Source: an uncultured SAR86 cluster bacterium (lineage in GTDB: Bacteria; Pseudomonadota; Gammaproteobacteria; Magnimaribacterales; AG-339-G14). From it: a DNA stretch of 64,000 bases. Made by a program: the position numbers and the translations under genes. Positions 55,463-64,000 of the stretch are shown here, piece by piece (the first letter of the stretch is position 1; each line of letters starts with the position of its first letter). The stretch is taken from the NCBI GenBank assembly GCA_902589965.1, contig CACIUX010000004.1:14877-78876 (forward strand), written 5' to 3'. The notes below the pieces were generated by a model. It did no database searches. It was not told the origin of the DNA and worked only from the letters and a program-made list of their open reading frames with translations.

Positions 55463-56956
55463 ATGATGAATCCAGATACAGAAAGTACAGATTCGATTGA
55501 CCAAGGATTTTTTGGGCATCCAAAAGGCTTAAGAACACTTTTTTTCACCGAACTTTGGGAAAGGATGTCCTATTATGGGATGCGAGGCTTATTAGTTCTT
55601 TATATGACTGTAGGGGTGACCGGCAATCCTGGTTTAGATTGGTCCAATGCAGAAGCTAATGCGATTTACGGAATTTATGCAGGCATGGTCTATTTCTTAG
55701 CTCTCCCAGGCGGCTGGTTAGCAGATAACCTTTTGGGATATCAAAGAGCTGTTTTATTTGGAGCTTTGATCATAATGCTTGGTCACTTCACTTTAGCGAT
55801 TCCATTAGAACAAACATTTATTCTAGGACTAATTTTAGTTGCCGCTGGAACAGGTTTACTTAAACCCAACATATCATCGATTGTAGGCCAACTTTACTCA
55901 TCTAATGACGATAGAAGAGATTCCGGTTTTACGATTTTCTATATGTCTATCAACATCGGAAGTATGCTTGGTTTTGCAGTCTGTGGATGGTTGGGAGAAA
56001 AAGTAGGATGGCATTGGGGATTTGGTGCAGCCGGATTTGGAATGCTTCTAGGTGTAATCCAATTTATTTATTTTAGAGGCCAACTCGGAGAAGCCGGTTT
56101 GAATCCGAACCCTAATTCTGACGAATATAAAATTAAACTCAGAAATATTTCTTTAGGGATTATTGTGTTAGTTTCCTTAATAGTTCTCTCAGGCCTTCTA
56201 GGGTGGTGGTCGGTTGATGCAGTGTTTTTTGCTGAAAGATTTAGAGATTTCCTTGTCATCCTTTCAATGGTTTATTTTGCCTACCTTTTCCTTTTTGCTG
56301 GACTTAATTCAGCAGAGAAAAGAAACGTCTTGATGCTTCTATTATTGTTCATAGGTGCTGCAGCTTTTTGGTCTGGATTCGATCAATCAGCCGGATCTTT
56401 AACTATATTTACACGAGACTACGTTGATCTAACCTTTGGATCATTTACGGCGCCTGTTAGTTGGACTCAATTTGCTAATCCACTGTTCGTAGTAATGTTC
56501 GCTCCGTTTTTTGCCTACATATGGGTATTCTTAGGAAAAAGGAATCTCAATCCAAACACACCTGTTAAATTTGCTATAGGTTTAATCTTCATGGCGTTGG
56601 GTTTTATAATCATGCTCTTTGCAGTCGAGTACGCTTTGGTTTCATCCCCGGTAGGTGTCCAGTGGTTACTGTTAACTTATTTACTTCATACCTTTGGAGA
56701 GTTAGCTTTATCTCCAGTAGGGTTATCAGCTTTTTCTAAATACTCTCCAAAGAGATACTTAGGACAGATGATGGGATTGTGGTTTCTTGCCTCTTCCCTA
56801 GGAGGGGTCTTGGCAGGATTGTTCGGTGGTGAGGCAACGTCAACTGGATTGGATAGCATGACGCCTATATTTTCAGAACTAGTTTATTACTACCTTGTTT
56901 TAGCAGTGGTTTTAATTGTTTTATCCTTCTTCATTAAAGGCAAAGTTGAACAATGA
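55463..56956 (+). CDS. Proton-dependent oligopeptide transporter (POT/PTR)
   Basis: FFGHPKGL, ELWERMSYYGMR, GLLKPNIS, FYMSINIG. Confidence 0.95.
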   Translation: MMNPDTESTDSIDQGFFGHPKGLRTLFFTELWERMSYYGMRGLLVLYMTVGVTGNPGLDWSNAEANAIYGIYAGMVYFLALPGGWLADNLLGYQRAVLFGALIIMLGHFTLAIPLEQTFILGLILVAAGTGLLKPNISSIVGQLYSSNDDRRDSGFTIFYMSINIGSMLGFAVCGWLGEKVGWHWGFGAAGFGMLLGVIQFIYFRGQLGEAGLNPNPNSDEYKIKLRNISLGIIVLVSLIVLSGLLGWWSVDAVFFAERFRDFLVILSMVYFAYLFLFAGLNSAEKRNVLMLLLLFIGAAAFWSGFDQSAGSLTIFTRDYVDLTFGSFTAPVSWTQFANPLFVVMFAPFFAYIWVFLGKRNLNPNTPVKFAIGLIFMALGFIIMLFAVEYALVSSPVGVQWLLLTYLLHTFGELALSPVGLSAFSKYSPKRYLGQMMGLWFLASSLGGVLAGLFGGEATSTGLDSMTPIFSELVYYYLVLAVVLIVLSFFIKGKVEQ

Positions 56957-57171
56957 AACTTTTTGTAATCTGCCTATTTTTAGCTACTTTATCCTTAGTG
57001 CTAATTTCATGCGGAGGCGGATCGTCAAATTCAAATGAGGTACAAGTAGAAATTAATACACAAGCCACTACAGATTCAAGTACTCAAAATACTCAAGAGG
57101 ATACAAAGAAGGTCATTGAAGAAATTCCTACATTTGAAAACGCTAAATTTGATGAAGCAATATACAATTAA
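56953..57171 (+). CDS. Small lipoprotein of unknown function
   Basis: Lipobox LISC-GGGSS, S/T/Q-rich linker, aromatic C-terminus FENAKFDEAIYN; ATGA-coupled to POT gene. Confidence 0.75.
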   Translation: MKLFVICLFLATLSLVLISCGGGSSNSNEVQVEINTQATTDSSTQNTQEDTKKVIEEIPTFENAKFDEAIYN

Positions 57172-57175
57172 ATAA

Positions 57176-58099
57176 ATGAAATTTTTTTTAATACTTTTTT
57201 TATTTTTTCCTAATTTAGTATTTTCTCAGGCCACTTCGCCTGGAGGTTATGGTCCTTATGATGAGGTAGTTTGTAATCCAGAGCCAATAAATATTAATGC
57301 TGGGGATGTCATCTCTGCCGACGTTTTGAATGAAATATTAACCCGAATAAATAATTTGCAAACTGGAGGTATAAATTCTGAACAAGATTTAATTGGCGAG
57401 TGGAGTTGTACCTCAACTTGTCGTTACGGAGCATGCACTGATGACAAAGTTTTCAATGGGTATTGGAAAAATGAAGATGGTATTTACATAGTAAGTCAAA
57501 ACATGAAAATTGAAAAAGTTGACGATACAAAAGTTTTAATGACTTATCCTCATAACTTAGGACAGAGTTTTGCAGAAACAGGTCCTCAACAATGCTTGGG
57601 TAGAGTAAAAAATGGAAAAATTTTTGTTACAAACAATGTCAATGATGGATCTGATTATGGCGATACATCATGTCTAACTGGAGTTCCTGGATCTGATAAT
57701 CAATATACAGGAAGCTGTAATAACTGTTACAACACAGGCACTTACCCTATAGAGATGATTGCAAATCAGTGTTTTCGAATGGAAAACATTAATGATTCTG
57801 TGACAAGTTGTAAAAAAATAAATATACCTCCATCTTCTCCTCTCAATTTAAAAGTTAACTTATCTGGATCTTCTGCATCATTGTCTTGGCAAAAAGGAGA
57901 CGACAGACACACCAGTTATACCTTGAAAAGAAAACAAACTGCGGATGGTACTTTTGAAGCCATAGCGAGTGTGAGCACTGATTCTTATGCAGATAATTCT
58001 ATTTCATTTGGAAACACTTACTGGTACAGAGTCTTTGGCACCAACGAATACGGAGAAGGCATGGGCTCAAACGTTGTAACTATTACTTATTCTGAGTAA
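57176..58099 (+). CDS. Secreted Cys-rich protein with C-terminal fibronectin type III domain
   Basis: Signal peptide; 10 Cys; PSSPLNL..LSW..Y..R..YWYRVFGTNEYGEG FN3 signature. Confidence 0.8.
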   Translation: MKFFLILFLFFPNLVFSQATSPGGYGPYDEVVCNPEPININAGDVISADVLNEILTRINNLQTGGINSEQDLIGEWSCTSTCRYGACTDDKVFNGYWKNEDGIYIVSQNMKIEKVDDTKVLMTYPHNLGQSFAETGPQQCLGRVKNGKIFVTNNVNDGSDYGDTSCLTGVPGSDNQYTGSCNNCYNTGTYPIEMIANQCFRMENINDSVTSCKKINIPPSSPLNLKVNLSGSSASLSWQKGDDRHTSYTLKRKQTADGTFEAIASVSTDSYADNSISFGNTYWYRVFGTNEYGEGMGSNVVTITYSE

Positions 58100-58103
58100 A
58101 ACT

Positions 58104-58265
58104 TTAAAAAAAGTTATACCAAATTACCGATACTAGAAAACCTAAAAAGCTTAATTGCAAAGACAGCCACCATCTTTTCTTAGGATCGATTCCCTTGAAA
58201 ATAAAAGTTGTTGCGTATGCGATTACATAAAGAGCTAGCCAGGTTAGAAGAAGATTAATGACCAT
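58104..58265 (-). CDS. 53-aa two-helix membrane protein (absent from ORF track)
   Basis: Manual translation MVINLLLTWLALYVIAYATTFIFKGIDPKKRWWLSLQLSFLGFLVSVIWYNFF; ATG overlaps dapD stop (TAATG); fills the gap. Confidence 0.7.
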   Translation of the reverse strand: MVINLLLTWLALYVIAYATTFIFKGIDPKKRWWLSLQLSFLGFLVSVIWYNFF

Positions 58266-59152
58266 TAATTATTATCGTGAAGGTCTTCGTTTAATTCGTT
58301 TACGTTTCGGTTGTCTCGGCATTCAATAGAGCCGGTGATTGAATTTCTAATGAACAATAGATCGGACTTATGTGCCAATTCCATCGCCTTGACAGTCTCT
58401 TTTACTTTTCCGTTTTCTATTACTTGAATTTTTGATGAACCAGTAACATATAGGCCTGATTCAATTGTGCATCGATCTCCAAGAGGAATACCCAAACCAG
58501 AATTTGCACCCAGCAAACAACTTTCTCCAATGGATATGATCACTTCGTTGCCTCCAGATAGAGTTCCAAGAGTAGAGGCGCCTCCTCCTATATCTGATTT
58601 ATCCCCGACTATCACCCCTTGAGCAATTCTGCCTTCAACCATTGCTTCACCTAGGGTTCCTCCATTGAAATTAACCGAACCTTCATGCATGACTGTTGTT
58701 CCTGGTCCAAGATAAGCCCCTAATCTGACTCTGCTGGCATCTGCAATCCTTACATCATTCAATGCAACGTAATCTGTTAAGCAAGGAAACTTATCAACTG
58801 AATACACTTTTACGTATTCGCCTTTACTTCGTTTTTCATTAAGGAATTCATTTAATTCATTTGAATCTATTGGGCCAGCTGAGGTCCATGCTACCGTGTG
58901 TAATATGCCAAAAATACCGTCTAAATTAGTTTCGTTGGGCTTTACCAAGCGAAGAGATAGAAGATGTAACTTCAGATAAGCTTCAGGGACTGAAGAGGGT
59001 GGAGTATCATCAGAAACTTCTACCTTTTCATATCCTTCTTTAATTTCGGCAGAACTTGTAGATATATCATTAGGTGAAAAATACATTTCAATGTATTCAC
59101 CTTTTTTATTTTTGGTTCCTTTGCCAAAACCAATCCATTTTTGATTCGTCAT
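58265..59152 (-). CDS. dapD: Tetrahydrodipicolinate N-succinyltransferase (Pseudomonas/actinobacterial type)
   Basis: YLKLHLLS, VDKFP, RVRLGAYL, GTLSGG, LLFIRNS. Confidence 0.95.
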   Translation of the reverse strand: MTNQKWIGFGKGTKNKKGEYIEMYFSPNDISTSSAEIKEGYEKVEVSDDTPPSSVPEAYLKLHLLSLRLVKPNETNLDGIFGILHTVAWTSAGPIDSNELNEFLNEKRSKGEYVKVYSVDKFPCLTDYVALNDVRIADASRVRLGAYLGPGTTVMHEGSVNFNGGTLGEAMVEGRIAQGVIVGDKSDIGGGASTLGTLSGGNEVIISIGESCLLGANSGLGIPLGDRCTIESGLYVTGSSKIQVIENGKVKETVKAMELAHKSDLLFIRNSITGSIECRDNRNVNELNEDLHDNN

Positions 59153-59155
59153 TTT

Positions 59156-60319
59156 TTATAAAAGATTATTGATTCTTTTCAATGCCTCTTCTGTGGTTTC
59201 AAAATCATACACTAAAGCAATTCTTACGTATTTTTCTCCAGGGTTAAAACCATTTACCTCGGCGGATAAATAACTTCCAGGAAGTACAATTAAACCCTCT
59301 TTTTCAAGAATTTTTTTTGAGAATGATTCACCGTCTCTAACATCCAACCATAGATAGAAAGCACCTTCAGGAATTACGTTGCTTACTTTATCTTTAAGCA
59401 TATCTGCTGCCAGACTAAATTTATCATTGTAAGACTTTCTATTTTCAGCGACAAAATCATAATTCAGCCAAGCTTCAACGCTCGCTTTTTGAATTGGCAA
59501 AGGAACGCTGACCCCATGAAAAGACCTAAACTTCTTATAGGCAGAAATGGTTTTTTTACCGGAGCAAGCAAAACCCGATCTAAAACCAGGTAAATTGGAT
59601 CTTTTCGATAAGCTATGAAGAGCAACCAATCTATCCGATCTATCTGATGAAGCTTGTAGGATGCTTGGACAGGATTCCTCCGATGTATATAAATCCACAT
59701 AACACTCATCAGAAACAACATAAAAATCATACTTCTCAGCTAAATCTAAAATATCCTTAAGTTTACTAAGAGGTAAGACAGACCCAGTTGGATTGTTTGG
59801 GGAGCAGAGAACTAAAATTTGACACTTTTGCCAATCCTCACTTTTAAGGGAATCTAAATCAGGCTGAAAATTATCTTCTTCAGGACAATCCAGAAACTTT
59901 GCTTCTCCTCCAGCAAGAGTCGTTGCTCCACCGTAAATTTGATAGAAAGGATTAGGCATTACAACATAGGGCTTATCTTTAACATTCTCTTTATTAAAAA
60001 GAGCCTGAATAATTGAGAATGTTCCTTCTCTTGTGCCAGCTACAAGACAAACTTCATCCTCAGCAACATTCTCTATACCGAAATGACTTTTCAAATAGTG
60101 CCGATATGCCTCTGATAATTCAGGAACTGCATTCATAGGAGGGTAGTTTGAAAAAGAATTTGTTTCTTTATTCAAAATGTCCAGGACTTTGGAGTCAGCA
60201 TTTAATTTTGGCTCACCAATGGAAAGATTGATTACATCTTTTGATGGCTTTATGTCCTTATGAAGAAGATTAAGTTTTTCAAATGGATAAGATCCAATTT
60301 TAGACAGTAAATGATTCAT
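59156..60319 (-). CDS. dapC: Succinyldiaminopimelate aminotransferase (class I/II PLP)
   Basis: YPFEKL, IGEP, PNPFYQIY, SDECY, SLSKRSNLPGFRSG; adjacent to dapD. Confidence 0.9.
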   Translation of the reverse strand: MNHLLSKIGSYPFEKLNLLHKDIKPSKDVINLSIGEPKLNADSKVLDILNKETNSFSNYPPMNAVPELSEAYRHYLKSHFGIENVAEDEVCLVAGTREGTFSIIQALFNKENVKDKPYVVMPNPFYQIYGGATTLAGGEAKFLDCPEEDNFQPDLDSLKSEDWQKCQILVLCSPNNPTGSVLPLSKLKDILDLAEKYDFYVVSDECYVDLYTSEESCPSILQASSDRSDRLVALHSLSKRSNLPGFRSGFACSGKKTISAYKKFRSFHGVSVPLPIQKASVEAWLNYDFVAENRKSYNDKFSLAADMLKDKVSNVIPEGAFYLWLDVRDGESFSKKILEKEGLIVLPGSYLSAEVNGFNPGEKYVRIALVYDFETTEEALKRINNLL

Positions 60320-61107
60320 AGAGTTTCTTCTGATCTAGCAGTAAGAACTTCGCAGCCATCATCGGTTATAGCCAACGTATGCTCCCATTGGGCTGACAAT
60401 CTTCCATCAATAGTTTCTACTGTCCAGCCATCATTTTTAGATAATTTGGTTTTATGAGTCCCAAGATTAATCATAGGTTCAATGGTAAAACACATGCCTG
60501 CTTTTAATTCCATTCCAGTGCCAGGATTTCCGTAGTGAAGAATTTGTGGGTCTTCATGGAAAACTTTGCCAATACCATGTCCGCAGTAATCTCTGACAAC
60601 TGAGTAGTGATTTTCTTCTGCATGTTTTTGAATCACATAACCTATGTCACCTAGGTTTATTCCTGGTTTGCATATTGCTATGGCTTTATAAAGACATTCT
60701 TGAGTAATACTTACCAGCCTTTCTGCATGAGGTTGTTTTTTTCCAACAAAAAACATCTTGCTTGTATCTCCGTGGTAACCGTCTTTGATCACAGTTACAT
60801 CAATATTGATAATATCTCCGTTTTTTAGGACTCTGTTGTCATCAGGTATTCCGTGACAAACCACTTGATTTATCGAAGTGCAAATAGATTTTGGAAAACC
60901 ATTGTAATTTAGGGGAGCAGGAATACAGTCAATTTCATTGACAATGTAATCGTGACAGATTCTATCCAACTCACCTGTAGATACCCCTGGTTGAACGTGT
61001 TTTTCAATCATTTCCAAAGTTTGAGCTGCAAGCTTTCCTGCAACCTTCATTTTGGCTATTTCGTCAGAACTTTTAATCATTTTTTGAGATTTTACCTCAT
61101 AAGTCAT
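60316..61107 (-). CDS. map: Methionine aminopeptidase type I
   Basis: CHGIP, DVTV, GDTS, GHGIG, FTIEPM, QWEHT. Confidence 0.98.
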   Translation of the reverse strand: MTYEVKSQKMIKSSDEIAKMKVAGKLAAQTLEMIEKHVQPGVSTGELDRICHDYIVNEIDCIPAPLNYNGFPKSICTSINQVVCHGIPDDNRVLKNGDIINIDVTVIKDGYHGDTSKMFFVGKKQPHAERLVSITQECLYKAIAICKPGINLGDIGYVIQKHAEENHYSVVRDYCGHGIGKVFHEDPQILHYGNPGTGMELKAGMCFTIEPMINLGTHKTKLSKNDGWTVETIDGRLSAQWEHTLAITDDGCEVLTARSEETL

Positions 61108-61135
61108 AGACTTATTAAGTACTCTTCATTATAGT
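61107..61135 (+). promoter_or_regulatory. Putative sigma70 promoter for carAB
   Basis: TAGACT (61107-61112)-N17-TATAGT (61130-61135). Confidence 0.6.
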
Positions 61136-61144
61136 GTCCTTCTA

Positions 61145-61192
61145 ATGCCAATAGCATTAGAAAACATCCAAAACGCGAGACTAGAAATTTAG
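61145..61192 (+). CDS. Putative 15-aa leader peptide of carAB (MPIALENIQNARLEI)
   Basis: ATG 61145 to TAG 61190-61192, ending inside the terminator-like hairpin; no SD. Confidence 0.4.
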   Translation: MPIALENIQNARLEI

Positions 61193-61208
61193 TACCGCGT
61201 TTTTTTTT
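61170..61208 (+). terminator. Intrinsic terminator-like hairpin (attenuator) immediately before carA
   Basis: AAAACGCG-AG-ACTAG-AAAT-TTAGT-AC-CGCG then T9; no upstream same-strand gene to terminate. Confidence 0.6.
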
Positions 61209-61214
61209 GCCTAA

Positions 61215-62336
61215 ATGACAGAAAAAAAAGCATATTTATATCTAGATTCCGAAAGATTTTTTGAAGGTTTTTCAGTTGGGAAAAATGCTGATACTTGCGG
61301 AGAAGTCGTTTTTAATACTTCCATGTCTGGGTATCAGGAAATAATTTCCGATCCATCTTATACCGATCAAATTATTAATTTTACTTACCCTCACATAGGT
61401 AACGTAGGAACTAATGATGATGATTTAGAGTCCGATTCAAACGGATGTAATGGGGTCATCATCAGAGACCCGTCAACAATTACAAGCAATTGGAGAAAAC
61501 AGGATGATTTATCAAACTTCCTAAAGACAAAAAATATTTCAGGTATTTATGGAATTGATACTAGGAAAGTCACTCGAATAATCAGAAACGAAGGTGCAAA
61601 AGTAGGTGCCATCGTTTCCGGCAAAGATCATAAAAAGAAAGCGCTTAAATTAATTGAAGAGTTTGTGCCTTTAGGTGGAAAAGATCTCGCCTCAGTTGTT
61701 TCAACGAAAAAAGTATACGAATGGAAAGAACCCTCTTGGAGGAAGGATTTCGATGATAATAATTTAAAAATAGTTGCGATCGATTTTGGAGTAAAGCACA
61801 ACATTTTACGAATGCTTAAAGATAGAGGATTTCAGGTGATCGTGGTTCCAGCTAAAACAACTGCTGCAGAGATTATTGCAATGAAGCCCGATGGAGTATT
61901 TCTTTCTAATGGACCTGGTGATCCTGAACCCTGCAAGTATGCAATTGAATGCATCAAGGAACTAAGGACAAAAAGAATCCCAATGTTCGGCATTTGTTTA
62001 GGCCATCAACTTTTAGGATTAGCTTTGGGAATGAAAACTATCAAAATGAAGTTTGGACATCATGGCGCCAACCATCCAGTTAAAGACTTGGATTCAAATA
62101 GAGTTTTCATAACGAGCCAAAATCATGGATTTACCATTGATTCGAAATCAATTCCTGAGGATGTAAAAATTACACACCTTTCTTTATTTGATGAAACCAT
62201 TCAAGGAATAGAAACATCCGATAAAAGATGCTTCAGTTTTCAAGGACATCCCGAAGCTAGCCCCGGTCCGCAAGAAATACAAGAATTATTCGATAAATTT
62301 TTAACAGTAGTCAAAAGCAATGCCAAAAAGAAATGA
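61215..62336 (+). CDS. carA: Carbamoyl-phosphate synthase small subunit
   Basis: [38 protein letters not shown]. Confidence 0.98.
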   Translation: MTEKKAYLYLDSERFFEGFSVGKNADTCGEVVFNTSMSGYQEIISDPSYTDQIINFTYPHIGNVGTNDDDLESDSNGCNGVIIRDPSTITSNWRKQDDLSNFLKTKNISGIYGIDTRKVTRIIRNEGAKVGAIVSGKDHKKKALKLIEEFVPLGGKDLASVVSTKKVYEWKEPSWRKDFDDNNLKIVAIDFGVKHNILRMLKDRGFQVIVVPAKTTAAEIIAMKPDGVFLSNGPGDPEPCKYAIECIKELRTKRIPMFGICLGHQLLGLALGMKTIKMKFGHHGANHPVKDLDSNRVFITSQNHGFTIDSKSIPEDVKITHLSLFDETIQGIETSDKRCFSFQGHPEASPGPQEIQELFDKFLTVVKSNAKKK

Positions 62337-64000
62337 TTTAGATTCCATTTTGCTTATTGGAGCTGGTCCAATTGTGATTGGTCAAGCATGTGAATTTGAT
62401 TACTCTGGTGTGCAAGCATGCAAAGCTCTTCGAGAAGAGGGATATAGAGTGATTTTGGTGAATTCTAATCCAGCAACAATAATGACCGATCCTGAGACTG
62501 CTGACTCAACCTATATAGAGCCTATTAATTGGAAGACATTAGAAAAGATAATCGAAAAAGAAAAACCATCAGCTCTTTTACCGACAATGGGAGGACAAAC
62601 AGCCTTAAATACTGCTTTAGATCTAGATCAAAAGGGTATTTTGAAAAAACATAATGTCGAGTTGATAGGAGCCACAAAAGAAGCTATCGATAAGGCAGAA
62701 GACAGAGAACTGTTTGCAAAAGCGATTAAAAAAATAGGTTTAAAGACTCCAAAAGCTGGATTAGCGCATAATCTAGAGGAAGCACTAAAAATCCAACAGG
62801 AAATTGGTTTTCCTTGCATTCTTAGACCAAATTTCACTCTCGGCGGCATGGGCGGTGGAATAGCTTATAACTCTGAAGAATTCGAATCCATATGTTTAAG
62901 AGGTTTGGATTTATCGCCAACTTCTGAGCTATATATAGATCAGTATCTTTCGGGCTGGAAAGAATACGAAATGGAGGTTGTAAGGGATAAAGTGGATAAC
63001 TGCATAATTATTTGTAGCATAGAAAACTTCGATCCTATGGGAGTGCATACAGGAGACTCCATTACTGTTGCGCCTGCTCAAACGTTAACGGACAAGGAAT
63101 ATCAAGAAATGAGAAATGCTTCTTTTGCCATTCTAAGAGAAATAGGAGTGGAAACCGGCGGCTCAAATGTACAGTTCGCTATAAATCCAGAAGATGGAGA
63201 AATGGTGGTTATTGAGATGAATCCAAGAGTCTCTAGGTCTTCAGCTCTAGCATCGAAAGCAACAGGATTTCCCATTGCTAAAATCGCAGCAAAATTAGCT
63301 GTTGGGTTTACCTTAGATGAATTAAGTAATGATATCAGTGGAGGAAAAATTCCTGCTTCTTTCGAGCCAACTATTGATTATGTCGTGACTAAAATACCCA
63401 GATTTAACTTTGAAAAATTCCCTCAAGCTGATTCCACTCTAACTTCTCAAATGAAATCTGTTGGTGAAGTGATGGCGATAGGAAGTAATTTTGCGGAATC
63501 ATTACAAAAAGCTATAAGAGGAATGGAGAATGGAAAGACCGGTTTTGACAATATTGAGGAAGAATTAACAAAGACTACTTTAAGATCAAAATTAATATCT
63601 CCTTCTCCTGAGAGACTTTGGTTTATTGGCGAAGCTTTCAGACAAGGCAGTTCTCTGGATGAAGTGCATGATTTAACTAAAATTGATATATGGTTTCTTC
63701 AAACCATTGAAGAAATTATTTCCACAGAGAAAAAGATTAATAAAAAAACTTTGTCTTCTAGAGATTTCCTTTTTAATCTCAAAAAAATGGGCTTTTCTGA
63801 TCAGCGTTTAGCTGCTCTTTCCGGTCAGTCGGAAGAAAAAATAAGATCTTTGAGACAAAAGTTAAACATCAAACCTGTCTTTAAGAGAGTTGATACATGT
63901 GCAGGAGAGTTTGAAACTACCACAGCTTATATGTACTCAACGTATCAAGACGAATGTGAATCAAACCCAACTGAAAATAAAAAAGTAGTCGTTCTAGGAG
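62320..64000 (+). CDS. carB: Carbamoyl-phosphate synthase large subunit, 5' part (runs off window)
   Basis: Manual translation from ATG 62320: [30 protein letters not shown]; later [17 protein letters not shown]. Confidence 0.98.
   Translation, partial: MPKRNDLDSILLIGAGPIVIGQACEFDYSGVQACKALREEGYRVILVNSNPATIMTDPETADSTYIEPINWKTLEKIIEKEKPSALLPTMGGQTALNTALDLDQKGILKKHNVELIGATKEAIDKAEDRELFAKAIKKIGLKTPKAGLAHNLEEALKIQQEIGFPCILRPNFTLGGMGGGIAYNSEEFESICLRGLDLSPTSELYIDQYLSGWKEYEMEVVRDKVDNCIIICSIENFDPMGVHTGDSITVAPAQTLTDKEYQEMRNASFAILREIGVETGGSNVQFAINPEDGEMVVIEMNPRVSRSSALASKATGFPIAKIAAKLAVGFTLDELSNDISGGKIPASFEPTIDYVVTKIPRFNFEKFPQADSTLTSQMKSVGEVMAIGSNFAESLQKAIRGMENGKTGFDNIEEELTKTTLRSKLISPSPERLWFIGEAFRQGSSLDEVHDLTKIDIWFLQTIEEIISTEKKINKKTLSSRDFLFNLKKMGFSDQRLAALSGQSEEKIRSLRQKLNIKPVFKRVDTCAGEFETTTAYMYSTYQDECESNPTENKKVVVLG

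Noticed and set aside
61140-61162. CIRCE or LexA operator reading of the map/carA palindrome
   Set aside because: Arms and 5-nt spacer match neither TTAGCACTC-N9-GAGTGCTAA nor CTGT-N8-ACAG

Overview
AT-rich, very densely packed core-chromosome segment of a genome-streamlined gammaproteobacterium. A SAR86-like marine lineage is inferred from gene order, composition and tiny or negative intergenic spaces, but cannot be verified here. Gene order: end of the spc/alpha ribosomal cluster (rpsE-rplQ), uvrA/ssb, fabA-fabB, rplU-rpmA-obgE-proB, rpsT, a lipoprotein prolyl oligopeptidase, tmRNA-smpB, NSS transporter, bamE, fur-grpE-dnaK-dnaJ-dapB, the rpsB-tilS cluster, leuA, a small accessory block (mini psi-like protein, rimI, gpx, tas, elaA-like, SurA-like/HupE-UreJ pair, membrane-anchored cold-shock protein), valS-holC-pepA/lptFG, RDD, POT transporter, a lipoprotein plus Cys-rich FN3 protein pair, an unannotated 53-aa membrane protein, dapD-dapC-map and carA-carB (truncated). 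No rRNA, tRNA, CRISPR, integrase or transposase was seen. Best leads: (1) a compact carAB leader (promoter, pyrimidine-rich start window, 5' hairpin hiding a uORF AUG, uORF running into a terminator), suggesting start-site-switch-coupled attenuation; (2) an uncharacterised lipoprotein/surface-protein pair; (3) an 89-aa minimal DNA Pol III psi candidate; (4) a remodelled DnaJ zinc finger; (5) a reciprocal dapB|rpsB and map|carA rearrangement; (6) recurrent symmetric -10 octamers in divergent spacers.
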